A stretch of DNA of 64,000 bases from an uncultured Rhodopirellula sp. (GTDB lineage Bacteria; Planctomycetota; Planctomycetia; Pirellulales; Pirellulaceae). Below, piece by piece: positions 19,444 through 29,103 of the stretch. Made by a program: the position numbers and the translations under genes. Location: positions 62,001 through 126,000 of the forward strand of contig CAXGAI010000004.1 of the NCBI GenBank assembly GCA_964007735.1, written 5' to 3'. The notes beneath the pieces are model-generated. The model was not told where the DNA came from. It saw only the letters and a program-made list of their open reading frames with translations, and did no database searches. The number at the start of each line of letters is the position of its first letter. Within the stretch, counting starts at the first letter, position 1.

Positions 19444-20010
19444 TTACTCCCCGGAGGATTTAGATTTAAGCGAGGCAATATATTTTAAAGCCAGTTGTTC
19501 ATGGTGTTTGATGAACGCATCTTTACCGTCACAATATTTCTCAATATCGTGATTGCACTGAGATGCCACACGTCTTTTTAAGGCTTCATATTCTGCCGCG
19601 ATAGTCGGGTGTTTTCTTAAATAATCGCGATAGGCAAGATGCCGATCGATTTCCTTGTTGCCCGCTTCGTAGCTGTGAATGTGATGAGTGCGGCGTTCTG
19701 TTCCTTTGGTCAGGTAACGACGGCCGGTAATTCCATACTCACCCCAGTATTGATAGCCGCTGTTTTTGATAGCGGCCTGCAGGTTGTCAATCTCGACGAC
19801 ACTGGATACTTCCAACAATATGTCGACTACCGGTTTTGCAGCTAAACCTTTCACTGAAGTGCTTCCGATGTGGTGAGCCTCGATAAGGATCGCCCCTAGC
19901 ATTTTCTTCAGGTTCTCGGATTCTTGTTGGAAAGACTCGACCCACCGTTCGTCATAATCCACGATGACGACGTGCTTGTGGCGGACGTTTTTTGAATGGA
20001 GAAGGCTCAT
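19444..20010 (-). CDS. GrpB family protein (UPF0157 nucleotidyltransferase-like)
   Basis: HIGSTSVKGLAAKPVVDI, HHIH, RDYLR, YEALKR, YCDGKDAFI. Confidence 0.9.
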   Translation of the reverse strand: MSLLHSKNVRHKHVVIVDYDERWVESFQQESENLKKMLGAILIEAHHIGSTSVKGLAAKPVVDILLEVSSVVEIDNLQAAIKNSGYQYWGEYGITGRRYLTKGTERRTHHIHSYEAGNKEIDRHLAYRDYLRKHPTIAAEYEALKRRVASQCNHDIEKYCDGKDAFIKHHEQLALKYIASLKSKSSGE

Positions 20011-20078
20011 GAATTGGTGCCAAGGTTTTTACATTGGGAGAGATATGCATGAACAAAATAACGAGTGCATTTGTTTAT

Positions 20079-20087
20079 TGCTACAAT
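20079..20087 (+). promoter_or_regulatory. Extended -10 promoter candidate (TGcTACAAT)
   Basis: TGn plus TACAAT about 47 nt upstream of the 20135 operon. Confidence 0.4.
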
Positions 20088-20134
20088 AACTAGATTAATT
20101 AGCCACCAAGATTTAAAAATCGGATTTTATTGTG

Positions 20135-21076
20135 ATGAAACGTTTTTATATAGCCGCAGCCATTTTATGTCTTTTTCTAACGTCGACTGTTTTAGCGAAG
20201 CATCGGGTTTTGCTTCACGGAAAGTCAGGATTGCAGATTGTGGAAAAAGATGGAACGACCAGTTGGCAGATGTCATTTGGAGGAATCCATGATATTCATG
20301 TTCTGGAAAATGGAAACGTGATGGTGCAACGTAATATGGGTGAAGTGGTTGAAATAGATCGTGAATCCAAAGAGGTGGTCTGGAGTTATAACAGTCGAAC
20401 TCAGAACGGTAATGAAGGGAAACGTTTGGAAGTACACGCATTCCAACCATTGCCGAATGGTAATGTCATGATTGCTGAATCCGGTGTCGGACGGATTATC
20501 GAAGTGAATCGGGATGGCAAAATTGTTAAAGAAACAAAGCTCGTTGTTGATAACCCCCATCCTCACCGTGATACTCGTTTGGCTCGTCAGCTTGAAAATG
20601 GAAACTATCTCGTCTGTCACGAAGGTGATGGTAAGATTCGGGAATACGATTCAAAATCAGGTAAAGTTATTTGGGAGTACGAGGTACCACTCTTTCAGGA
20701 ACGCGCCGGTGGTCACGGGCCTGACGCCTATGGAAATCAGGCATTTTCAGCTTTACGACTGAAGAACGGAAATACGCTCATTGGGTGCGGTAACGGTCAT
20801 GCTGTTTTGGAAGTGACTGCTGAAAAGAAAGTCGTTTGGCAGATTCGCCAGAAGGACCTTGAGGGAATTGTCTTTGCCTGGATAACGACATTGGAAGTAC
20901 TTCCCAATGGTAACTATGTCATTGGTAACTGCCACGCAGGACCGGGACAACCGCTCTTGGTAGAACTCAACCCTAAGAATAAGAAAGTGGTTTGGACATT
21001 CGACCGATTCGAGGATTTCGGGAATAATGTTTCCAATTCATTGCTACTGGATGCCGCTGGCAAATCAAATCGCTAA
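20135..21076 (+). CDS. Exported beta-propeller protein (PQQ-like/arylsulfotransferase-like repeats)
   Basis: Signal peptide; repeated L.NGN.(V/L)....(G)R(I/V)(I/L)E(V/I)...K(V/I)VW blades. Confidence 0.8.
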   Translation: MKRFYIAAAILCLFLTSTVLAKHRVLLHGKSGLQIVEKDGTTSWQMSFGGIHDIHVLENGNVMVQRNMGEVVEIDRESKEVVWSYNSRTQNGNEGKRLEVHAFQPLPNGNVMIAESGVGRIIEVNRDGKIVKETKLVVDNPHPHRDTRLARQLENGNYLVCHEGDGKIREYDSKSGKVIWEYEVPLFQERAGGHGPDAYGNQAFSALRLKNGNTLIGCGNGHAVLEVTAEKKVVWQIRQKDLEGIVFAWITTLEVLPNGNYVIGNCHAGPGQPLLVELNPKNKKVVWTFDRFEDFGNNVSNSLLLDAAGKSNR

Positions 21077-21098
21077 TGTCTATTTACGGAAAGACCCA

Positions 21099-22670
21099 AT
21101 GAAGGATTTTCGTTTACAGAAACTGGTTCCCGGATTATTAGCGATCATGGCTTACATGGTTGTGGATTCAGTGACATGGGGAGAAGATTGGTATCAGGCT
21201 GCCGGTCCCAATGGGAACTTTCAGGTGCGGCAAGCTGCCCCTTCTGATTGGAGTGTTGTTCAGCAACGGAATATAGCCTGGAAGCTGACCCTGCCCGAGA
21301 CAGGACAAAGTACTCCGGTAGTATGCAATGATCGTGTCTTTTTTACTACTTATGAAGAAGTGCGGGAAGACTCGAAGCTCGGAAACAATATAGTTGCCTG
21401 GTGTGTTCATGTGCGTAATGGCCGAGTGCTTTGGAAACGTGATATTCCAGGTAAATACCCATTACGACTATCTGGTTGTTTCGGAGATAGTACTTCACCA
21501 CCAGCAGTATGCGACGGAGAACGAGTGGTCTTCATTAACGCATCGGGCAGGATTGCCTGCTTTGACCTGAAAGGTAAGCCGCTCTGGACACGTGAAATTC
21601 TGAGTGTGAATCGAACGCAGCCTTTTCTTTTAGATGGCAAATTTGTATTTACCCGACAGGTTTATCCTCCTGAGCCCAATGGTGTTTTTCCTCATAAATA
21701 TGCGGATGCTCCTCCGGAAATGTGGACGCAATTGCAGGCTTTAGATATTCAAACTGGTGATGAAATCTGGACCACCAAGTGCGGAGTCAATATGGGCAAT
21801 TCAATCGTGCCTCAACAACTTCGTGACGGTCGTGATGTTGCCGTGGTTGGACGGGGAGGAGGGCATGGCCCTCCTGAAAAACCAGCCGGCGTGTCGCTGG
21901 TGAATCTGGCAGATGGCTCGACGATTTGGACCCTGCCACTCGAAGGGTTTATGAGCACAGCAAGTTATTGTTTGTATAAAAATAATGTTTGCCTGTTCCA
22001 TCAGGGAGATCATCTTACGGTTGCTGGTGAAACCGGTGAAATCTTAAATAAAGTCTCGATCATTATGAATATTCCCACAAAGGTATACGGCGGAGAGATA
22101 CCACCAAACTTTAGTGCCGATCTCCGTCTGGGAAAAAATAAACGTATGATCACACAAACCTCAAATCTGTTAGTGGGAAAGTATCATTATTTTCGTAGTT
22201 ATGTGAGACCTTGGTTGGGACGTGTTAATGTTGAAACCGGAGATGTCGAGTATCTGGAATTACCGTTACAGATTGATGCCAGAGTTGGGAAGGAAGATGA
22301 GTATCTCTACTACGATCAGTCAAAGGATGCCAAGCCTCTTAAATTGCAGACAGTGAAGCCAAACTCGATGAAGAATTCCCGAGGTTTTAAAGTCTTCGGT
22401 GATCAGCGTTCCCAGGGTAGTGGATGGGGACATATTGCGAGTTCAACACCGACCGTCGCTGGACGCTATCTCTATCTTCCGGTAATCAACGGAACGGTTT
22501 TTGTGATTGATTGGAATGTGGATTCTCTCGACCAGCGCGCGGTTGTTGATATTAACGATTTGGGCCCTGCCGGAGAATCATACCATCGAGCTTCTCTGTC
22601 GATTGTCGATGGGCAATTGTTCGCTCATACAATTCGGGAGTTGATTTGTATCCAAGAGGCGAAAAAATGA
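21099..22670 (+). CDS. PQQ-binding-like beta-propeller protein (BamB-like)
   Basis: Signal peptide, DWYQAAGPNGN, NIAWKLTLP..GQSTPVV, G..LW repeats, C-terminal ELICI. Confidence 0.8.
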   Translation: MKDFRLQKLVPGLLAIMAYMVVDSVTWGEDWYQAAGPNGNFQVRQAAPSDWSVVQQRNIAWKLTLPETGQSTPVVCNDRVFFTTYEEVREDSKLGNNIVAWCVHVRNGRVLWKRDIPGKYPLRLSGCFGDSTSPPAVCDGERVVFINASGRIACFDLKGKPLWTREILSVNRTQPFLLDGKFVFTRQVYPPEPNGVFPHKYADAPPEMWTQLQALDIQTGDEIWTTKCGVNMGNSIVPQQLRDGRDVAVVGRGGGHGPPEKPAGVSLVNLADGSTIWTLPLEGFMSTASYCLYKNNVCLFHQGDHLTVAGETGEILNKVSIIMNIPTKVYGGEIPPNFSADLRLGKNKRMITQTSNLLVGKYHYFRSYVRPWLGRVNVETGDVEYLELPLQIDARVGKEDEYLYYDQSKDAKPLKLQTVKPNSMKNSRGFKVFGDQRSQGSGWGHIASSTPTVAGRYLYLPVINGTVFVIDWNVDSLDQRAVVDINDLGPAGESYHRASLSIVDGQLFAHTIRELICIQEAKK

Positions 22671-23530
22671 CAGATTCAGAAAACCCTTTAAGCTCTCTGG
22701 ATGATTGGGACGACGATTTATTGCGACGTTACCCGGAAGATCGAGAACCGAGTAACGCAAAGCAGACAGAGGCATTCCGCAGTTACGTTGATGCCCCTGA
22801 ACATGTCAGAGAATTCTATTGTTTGAATCATAGACAACAAACGGTCAAAGTGAATCGCCAGAAACGCGATGAATTTCTTAAGTTGGAAAAACGCCGGATG
22901 AGTATCTGGGAAGCCATGGAGTTTCTTAATACTTTGGTAGATGATAGTGACCCGGATACTAATTTGAGTCAGATTGAGCATCTGTTGCAAACAGCGGAAG
23001 CGATTCGAGCAGATGGCCACCCACCTTGGTTCGTATTGACCGGGTTAATTCATGATCTGGGAAAAATCCTGTGCCTGTTTGACGAACCTCAATGGTGCGT
23101 AACCGGGGATACGTTTCCTGTCGGTTGTCGGTTTGACTCGTCGATTGTGTATCACGATTTCTTTTCCCAGAATCCGGATTTTGGGAATCCAGAATACAAT
23201 TCGGCATTTGGTATTTATGAACCAAACTGTGGATTGCGAAATGTGATGCTTTCCTGGGGACATGACGAATATATGTTTAATGTGTGTAAAGAATATTTGC
23301 CGGAGGAAGGACTTGCAATGATTCGATACCATTCGTTCTATCCCTGGCATAGTGAGGGAGCTTACCGGCATTTAATGGATGAACATGATCATAAGATGCT
23401 GGAATATGTGAAGCTGTTCAATCCGTATGATTTGTATTCCAAGTCGGACGATCCACCGGATGTGGAACAGTTGCGCCCTTTTTATGAAGCATTGATTGCT
23501 GATTTTTTCCCCGCTAAAATTTCATGGTAA
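22667..23530 (+). CDS. miox: Myo-inositol oxygenase family (di-iron HD-domain)
   Basis: LVDDSDPD, QIEHLLQTAEAIR, GLIHDLGK, PQWCVTGDTFPVGC, SWGHDEY, MIRYHSFYPWH, FNPYDLYSKS. ATGA overlap with the upstream stop. Confidence 0.9.
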   Translation: MTDSENPLSSLDDWDDDLLRRYPEDREPSNAKQTEAFRSYVDAPEHVREFYCLNHRQQTVKVNRQKRDEFLKLEKRRMSIWEAMEFLNTLVDDSDPDTNLSQIEHLLQTAEAIRADGHPPWFVLTGLIHDLGKILCLFDEPQWCVTGDTFPVGCRFDSSIVYHDFFSQNPDFGNPEYNSAFGIYEPNCGLRNVMLSWGHDEYMFNVCKEYLPEEGLAMIRYHSFYPWHSEGAYRHLMDEHDHKMLEYVKLFNPYDLYSKSDDPPDVEQLRPFYEALIADFFPAKISW

Positions 23531-23565
23531 TGTTTGGGCATATACGAGATAAGGAGCACGAGATC

Positions 23566-26250
23566 ATGCTATGGTCGCTCCAACCATTGAAGCATCGAGC
23601 CATGAAAACGATAGCTGGCATCTTGTTGTTTTTGCTGAATTCTTCACTGGTACGAGCGGATGAGAACGATCGCCAGGCATTACGTCAGGACCCGGAATAC
23701 ATTTTTGCATTTCAGGTTCATCGAATACTCATCAAAAAGTGCTTTGCCTGCCACGGATCTGAACCCGACGAAATTGAGGGGGAGTTGAATCTAACCACCC
23801 GGGAAGGATTGCTTCAGGGTGGAGCCACGGGAGAGTCGTCGATTATTATTGGTCGTCCGGAAGACAGCCCGCTCTATTTAGCAACCTTGCGGGAGAACGA
23901 TCTTTGGGCAGCGATGCCTCCCAAAGAAAGTGAACGTCTGACCCGAGAAGAATTGCGTTTCGTCAGACAATGGATTGCGGCCGATGCGCCCTGGCCTAAT
24001 CAAGAGCGGCTGAAAGAGCTCCAAAAGGGACAGGACCCGTGGGGCACTGGAAACGAAGTGCGAGTCGCTACGTCCGGTGGGCTTAGTGAAGATTGGACTA
24101 ATCGAACCTATCAGCCGGAAAATCTGTGGGCGTATCAGCCAATTGCTGTATCGGATGTTACTCACACAGCCGAGCATCCAATTGACTCTTTTATTTCTCA
24201 TCGCATGCCCAAGGGCTTGGGCGTTGCGCCTCGAGCAGGCGATATCACATTGGTTCGGAGGGTGAGTTATACGTTAACTGGCTTGCCGCCAACGCCGGAT
24301 GTCATGCGAGGATTTCTGGAGGATGAGTCTCCAGCGGCTTACGAAAATCTTATTGACCGCTTGCTCGATTCACCGCGGTATGGGGAACAATGGGGTAAAC
24401 ACTGGCTGGATGTTGTGAGATACGCTGACAGTAGTGGGTTTGCTAATGATTATGAACGCCCGAATGCCTGGCGATACAGGGACTATGTCATTCGCAGCTT
24501 TAACCAAGACAAACCCTATGATCAATTCGTACAGGAGCAAATTGCCGCCGATGAACTCTTTGCCGATTCGCCGGAAGTTCAACTTGGTCTTGGCTTTTTA
24601 CGAATGGGTCCCTGGGAGCATACAGGCATGTCAGTCGGAAAGATTACCCGACAGCAGTTTCTGGACGATGTCACTTCGTCGGTTGGTCAGGTCTTTTTAG
24701 GGCAGGCGCTCCAATGTGCTCGCTGTCACGATCACAAATTTGACCCTGTGCCAACTCGGGATTATTACGCTATCCAATCAGTATTTGCGACTACGCAGAT
24801 GGCAGAGTTGCCAATACCGTTTCAACGGTATGAAAACACAAAAAAATTTGAGGAAGATAAGAAATACTTAGCCAAGCGTGAGGCAGCTATTGCCGAATTG
24901 CGAAAGACAGTAAATAGTCCAAACAAGACAGCGAACGATTTTGGTCGTGCTCGTCTGAGTGGGAAATGGAGTAACCTATACCAACGAGCGCGGGATCGAT
25001 ATGAGCCACTCATATTGGGAGTCTATAATGGCCACACTCAGTTAAATCGAAATTCGTACAATCGTTTTAATAAACCCGCTGATGTCACCAAAGGAGTTTT
25101 TGAAAATACCGCTATTCTTACTGGTGGTAATATTTTTACACCTGGGCAATCTGTTTCGCCTGGGATTCTGAGTGTAACTGGCGTTGCCGCGAGTATCCCG
25201 AAAGCTCTGGAAGGGCGCCGAGGTTCGTTTGCGAAGTGGGTGACTGCTCCAAACAACCCACTGACAGCGCGGGTAATGGTAAATCGAGTGTGGTCTTGTC
25301 ACTTCGGGCAGGGCATTGCCGGAAATCCAAATAATTTTGGAGCGACGGGAGACAAACCCACTCATCCCTTATTGTTAGATTGGTTAACTTCGGAATTTAT
25401 TAAGTCGGGCTGGTCGATCAAGTCTCTTCACAAACTGATACTTACCTCAGAAGCGTATCAGCGTAGTAGCACTCATCCGGCACCGGAAAAACTGGATCAG
25501 CTGGATCTAAGTCGCTCGTCCTATTCAGTATTTCAGGCGCGTCGATTGACGGCTGAAGAATTACGAGATTCGATGCTGCAGGCTAGCGGGGAATTGGTCC
25601 ATGCGTTTGGAGGTTTACCGGCTCGACCTGACATGAACATAGAAGCCGCATTGCAACCACGCCAGATCATGGGGTCCTTTGCCCCCAGTTACGTCCCCGA
25701 TGTAAAACCGGAACAACGAAATCGGAGATCGATTTATGTTCTGAAGCTACGAGGTTTGCGCGATCCATTTATGACAACCTTCAACCAGCCTTCTCCGGAC
25801 GAGTCGTGTGAGATGCGGGACGCTTCCAATGTGACACCGCAAGTCTTTGCTTTGTTCAATAGTGAAGAGTCGGCAGACCGGGCTCTTGCGATGGCTAATC
25901 GTATTCTGAGTGAAGTCATCACGGATGAAGATGCGATTCAACTTGCTTTTGAGTTGGCATTAGGTAGAATCCCCGATCGCCAGGAGTTGAAGGTCTCGAG
26001 GATGCATTGGAAAGATTGCTTGAACGATCATCTGGAACTCAAGCCACAGGCCAGAGAGTATCCAACCGAAGTGATACGTCGAGCCAATGAAGAGAACACG
26101 GGAGAAGAATTTACGTTCACAGAAACGTTATTTGAATATCAGGATTATCAGCACGATTTACAGCCCCATGAAGTTGATGCCCGTACCAGAGCGTTTGCTG
26201 AACTGTGCCTCGTTCTGTTGAATACGAATGAGTTCGTTTACGTTTATTAA
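23566..26250 (+). CDS. Planctomycete cytochrome c + DUF1549 + DUF1553 (PSD1) protein
   Basis: CFACH, MPP, YGEQWGKHWLDVVRYAD, CARCHDHKFDP, PTHPLLLDWL, C-terminus NTNEFVYVY. AAGGAG precedes ATG 23566; 23602 is an alternative start. Confidence 0.9.
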   Translation: MLWSLQPLKHRAMKTIAGILLFLLNSSLVRADENDRQALRQDPEYIFAFQVHRILIKKCFACHGSEPDEIEGELNLTTREGLLQGGATGESSIIIGRPEDSPLYLATLRENDLWAAMPPKESERLTREELRFVRQWIAADAPWPNQERLKELQKGQDPWGTGNEVRVATSGGLSEDWTNRTYQPENLWAYQPIAVSDVTHTAEHPIDSFISHRMPKGLGVAPRAGDITLVRRVSYTLTGLPPTPDVMRGFLEDESPAAYENLIDRLLDSPRYGEQWGKHWLDVVRYADSSGFANDYERPNAWRYRDYVIRSFNQDKPYDQFVQEQIAADELFADSPEVQLGLGFLRMGPWEHTGMSVGKITRQQFLDDVTSSVGQVFLGQALQCARCHDHKFDPVPTRDYYAIQSVFATTQMAELPIPFQRYENTKKFEEDKKYLAKREAAIAELRKTVNSPNKTANDFGRARLSGKWSNLYQRARDRYEPLILGVYNGHTQLNRNSYNRFNKPADVTKGVFENTAILTGGNIFTPGQSVSPGILSVTGVAASIPKALEGRRGSFAKWVTAPNNPLTARVMVNRVWSCHFGQGIAGNPNNFGATGDKPTHPLLLDWLTSEFIKSGWSIKSLHKLILTSEAYQRSSTHPAPEKLDQLDLSRSSYSVFQARRLTAEELRDSMLQASGELVHAFGGLPARPDMNIEAALQPRQIMGSFAPSYVPDVKPEQRNRRSIYVLKLRGLRDPFMTTFNQPSPDESCEMRDASNVTPQVFALFNSEESADRALAMANRILSEVITDEDAIQLAFELALGRIPDRQELKVSRMHWKDCLNDHLELKPQAREYPTEVIRRANEENTGEEFTFTETLFEYQDYQHDLQPHEVDARTRAFAELCLVLLNTNEFVYVY

Positions 26251-26272
26251 GAGGAATGCCGGAGCAAATAGC

Positions 26273-27658
26273 ATGGATCGACGTGAGTTCTTATATGGTC
26301 TGAATACAAGTTTGGGCAGTATTGCATTTAGTGCCATGCTGGCCGATGAGGCACCCGCACAGGATACTCCGGCACGAGTGGCACACTTTCCCAAAGCGAA
26401 AGCGAAGCACTGCATATTGTTGTATATGGAGGGCGGGCCATCGCATATTGATACGTTTGATCCCAAACCCCGTTTAAAGGAACTTCACGAACAGGAGTTC
26501 CAGCGTGACGGTCAGGAGCAGAGCGCGATGGCTAGCGGTAAACGTTACTATGTGCAGACTCCTTTTGAATTCAAAAAAGCAGGTGAATCCGGGGCAGATA
26601 TTACAACCGCATGGCCTCATTTGGAAAATGTTGTGGATGACATTTGTTTTTATCGAGGTTTGCAGGTGACCTCAGTGAATCATCCCGCCGCTAATTATCA
26701 CGTGAATACCGGGAATCGCTTTGGAGGAGATCCTGCCATTGGCTCCTGGGTTAATCTTGGGCTTGGTACCGGAAATAAAGACTTGCCAGGATTTGTGGTG
26801 TTGCCCGAGCTTTCTTATCCCCAGGGAGGACCGGCGAATTGGAACAATGGTTTCTTGCCAACCGACTTCCAGGGGACGGCTTTTCGACCGGAAGGCTCTC
26901 CTTTACTTGATATTAAACCTCCGAAAGGAGTGACACGTCGTCAGCAACGGCGAAACCTTGACCTGTTGGCAAAACTGAACGACAAGCATGCGACGGCCCA
27001 TCCTCAGCATGAGCAACTGAAAGCACGGATGAAAAATTATGAGTTAGCCTTCCGTATGCAAACTCAGGTTCCGGATCTTGTGAGTATTGATGACGAAACA
27101 CAAGCCACAAGAGAAATGTACGGCATTGATAAGCCAACGACCGATAACTTTGGACGACGCTGTTTGTTGGCGAGAAAGCTGGTCGAGAAGGGGGTGCGTT
27201 TTGTCCAGGTGTATGCCAGCAGTTGGGATAGCCATGACTATATTCTTCGAGCCCATGGTTCGATGATTGATCGTGTCGATCAACCTATCGCGGCGTTGAT
27301 TACAGATCTAAAGCAACGCGGACTTTTGGATGAGACGCTCATCGTATGGATGGGGGAATTTGGCCGAACGCCGGACAATGGTATCCGTGGTGGTGGCGTT
27401 CGGTATGGTCGTGATCACAATCCCAATGCCATGACCGTATGGATGGCCGGTGGAGGCAGCAAAGCCGGACATACCATTGGGGCTACCGATGAGGTGGGTA
27501 TGGAGGCGGTTGAGGTGGTTCACCCGCTACGTGATTTTCATGTCACGCTACTCCGGTTACTGGGACTTGATGACAACAAGCTGACTTACTTTCATGCCGG
27601 GAGGTACAAGCAGTTAAGCCAGTTTGGTGGCGAAGTGATTGAAGAGTTACTCGCTTAA
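26273..27658 (+). CDS. DUF1501 protein (Tat signal)
   Basis: MDRREFL, GGPSHIDTFDPKP, WDSH, GEFGRTP, GRDH; GGAG SD. Confidence 0.9.
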   Translation: MDRREFLYGLNTSLGSIAFSAMLADEAPAQDTPARVAHFPKAKAKHCILLYMEGGPSHIDTFDPKPRLKELHEQEFQRDGQEQSAMASGKRYYVQTPFEFKKAGESGADITTAWPHLENVVDDICFYRGLQVTSVNHPAANYHVNTGNRFGGDPAIGSWVNLGLGTGNKDLPGFVVLPELSYPQGGPANWNNGFLPTDFQGTAFRPEGSPLLDIKPPKGVTRRQQRRNLDLLAKLNDKHATAHPQHEQLKARMKNYELAFRMQTQVPDLVSIDDETQATREMYGIDKPTTDNFGRRCLLARKLVEKGVRFVQVYASSWDSHDYILRAHGSMIDRVDQPIAALITDLKQRGLLDETLIVWMGEFGRTPDNGIRGGGVRYGRDHNPNAMTVWMAGGGSKAGHTIGATDEVGMEAVEVVHPLRDFHVTLLRLLGLDDNKLTYFHAGRYKQLSQFGGEVIEELLA

Positions 27659-29097
27659 GTCAGGATATCGTGGATGACTTTCGCTTGGGTTACACGTGTA
27701 TCGGTTAGTGATTCTGAGTGACCCTGATGATGATACGTCAGTTTGTTATGATCCAGGCCAAGCTGATGCAGGATCGTTGCATGCAGGTCGTGTACGGTTG
27801 TTACGTTTTCGACGCTCCGATATCCCAATTCATCGGTAGCCCCGTAACTAAGCCCGCCTTTTACACCGCCACCTGCCAGAAGAGTGGTGCAGGCATTTCG
27901 GTTGTGGTCTCTGCCGGATCCGTTTTGTGAAATTGGAAGGCGACCAAACTCACCGGACCAGATGATTAGCGTGCTATCCAGGAGACCACGTTGTTTTAAG
28001 TCTTTGATTAGAGCTGCGGTTGGCTGATCGACTATTTTACAAATACTCTCGTTTTGAGTTTTTACATTGCCGTGTGAATCCCAGGGTTGTGAATTAGGGG
28101 ATGCCGGTGGGAACACTTGTATAAAGCGGACACCGGACTCGACCAGCCGTCGCGCCATCAGACACCGTGTACCATATCGTGACAACTCGGCATGTTCCTG
28201 CTCAACACCATAAAGTTTTTTTGTCTCCGCCGATTCTTTGGAGAGATCGAGAATTTCAGGTGCCGATAATTGCATACGAGCGGCTAATTCGTAGTTCTGG
28301 ATCCGGGCATCGAGATCAGTTTCCTGTGGATACCTTAAGCGGAATTTGCTGTTGAGTTTTTCGAGTAATGACAGGTTTTGGGCCTCGACTCCTTCCGGAC
28401 GGCTATTAGCTGCTTTGAGGTTTAATACGGGCGTTCCCTGAGTTGCCACTTCCGTCCCGCCATAGATTGCCGGCATCCATCCATTCTGCCAAAGTAACGT
28501 GCCGCTGGTGTTGTATCCTCGTTCATCTCTGAGAACAATGTAAGCAGGAAGATTTTGATTGGCTGTTCCCAAACCATAGCTCACCCAGGATCCCAATGCT
28601 GGTCGACCAGCAAAGATCTTACCGGTATTAAACATTACCAATGCTTCGGTGTGATTGTTGTGTCCACTGATCATGGAACGAATTTTGCAAAAATCATCGG
28701 CAACGCTGGCCATATGAGGAAGGGGTGAAGCAAAGTCCATCCCATTTTCCCCGTACTTTTTAAAATCAAATGGCATTCCCAAAATCTTGTTTTGTTCACT
28801 TCCGGGTTGGAATTGTTCAATGGCACCAGTGTGTTTCTGACCGTTACGTTTGTTGAGTTCAGGCTTGGGATCGAAGAGATCCATTTGGCTTGGCCCACCG
28901 TTTTGCATCATTAAGATGACTGACTTTACCTTGGGGTCAAAGTGAGGTTCTCGTTTCTTGAGATCGTGATAATTACCTTCGGTCGATAAAAGGTCCTCTT
29001 GAAGTAGCTGTACAAGCGCGAGACTGCCGAAGCCAAGCGCAGATTCCTTAAGCATTTTTCTTCGTGTCAGTGGCAATGGTGCTTGCAGCTTCTTCAT
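27655..29097 (-). CDS. DUF1501 protein (Tat signal)
   Basis: TRRKML, GGPSQMDLFDPKP, WDSH, GEFGRLP, GRDH. Confidence 0.9.
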   Translation of the reverse strand: MKKLQAPLPLTRRKMLKESALGFGSLALVQLLQEDLLSTEGNYHDLKKREPHFDPKVKSVILMMQNGGPSQMDLFDPKPELNKRNGQKHTGAIEQFQPGSEQNKILGMPFDFKKYGENGMDFASPLPHMASVADDFCKIRSMISGHNNHTEALVMFNTGKIFAGRPALGSWVSYGLGTANQNLPAYIVLRDERGYNTSGTLLWQNGWMPAIYGGTEVATQGTPVLNLKAANSRPEGVEAQNLSLLEKLNSKFRLRYPQETDLDARIQNYELAARMQLSAPEILDLSKESAETKKLYGVEQEHAELSRYGTRCLMARRLVESGVRFIQVFPPASPNSQPWDSHGNVKTQNESICKIVDQPTAALIKDLKQRGLLDSTLIIWSGEFGRLPISQNGSGRDHNRNACTTLLAGGGVKGGLSYGATDELGYRSVENVTTVHDLHATILHQLGLDHNKLTYHHQGHSESLTDTRVTQAKVIHDILT

Positions 29098-29103
29098 GGT
29101 CGA

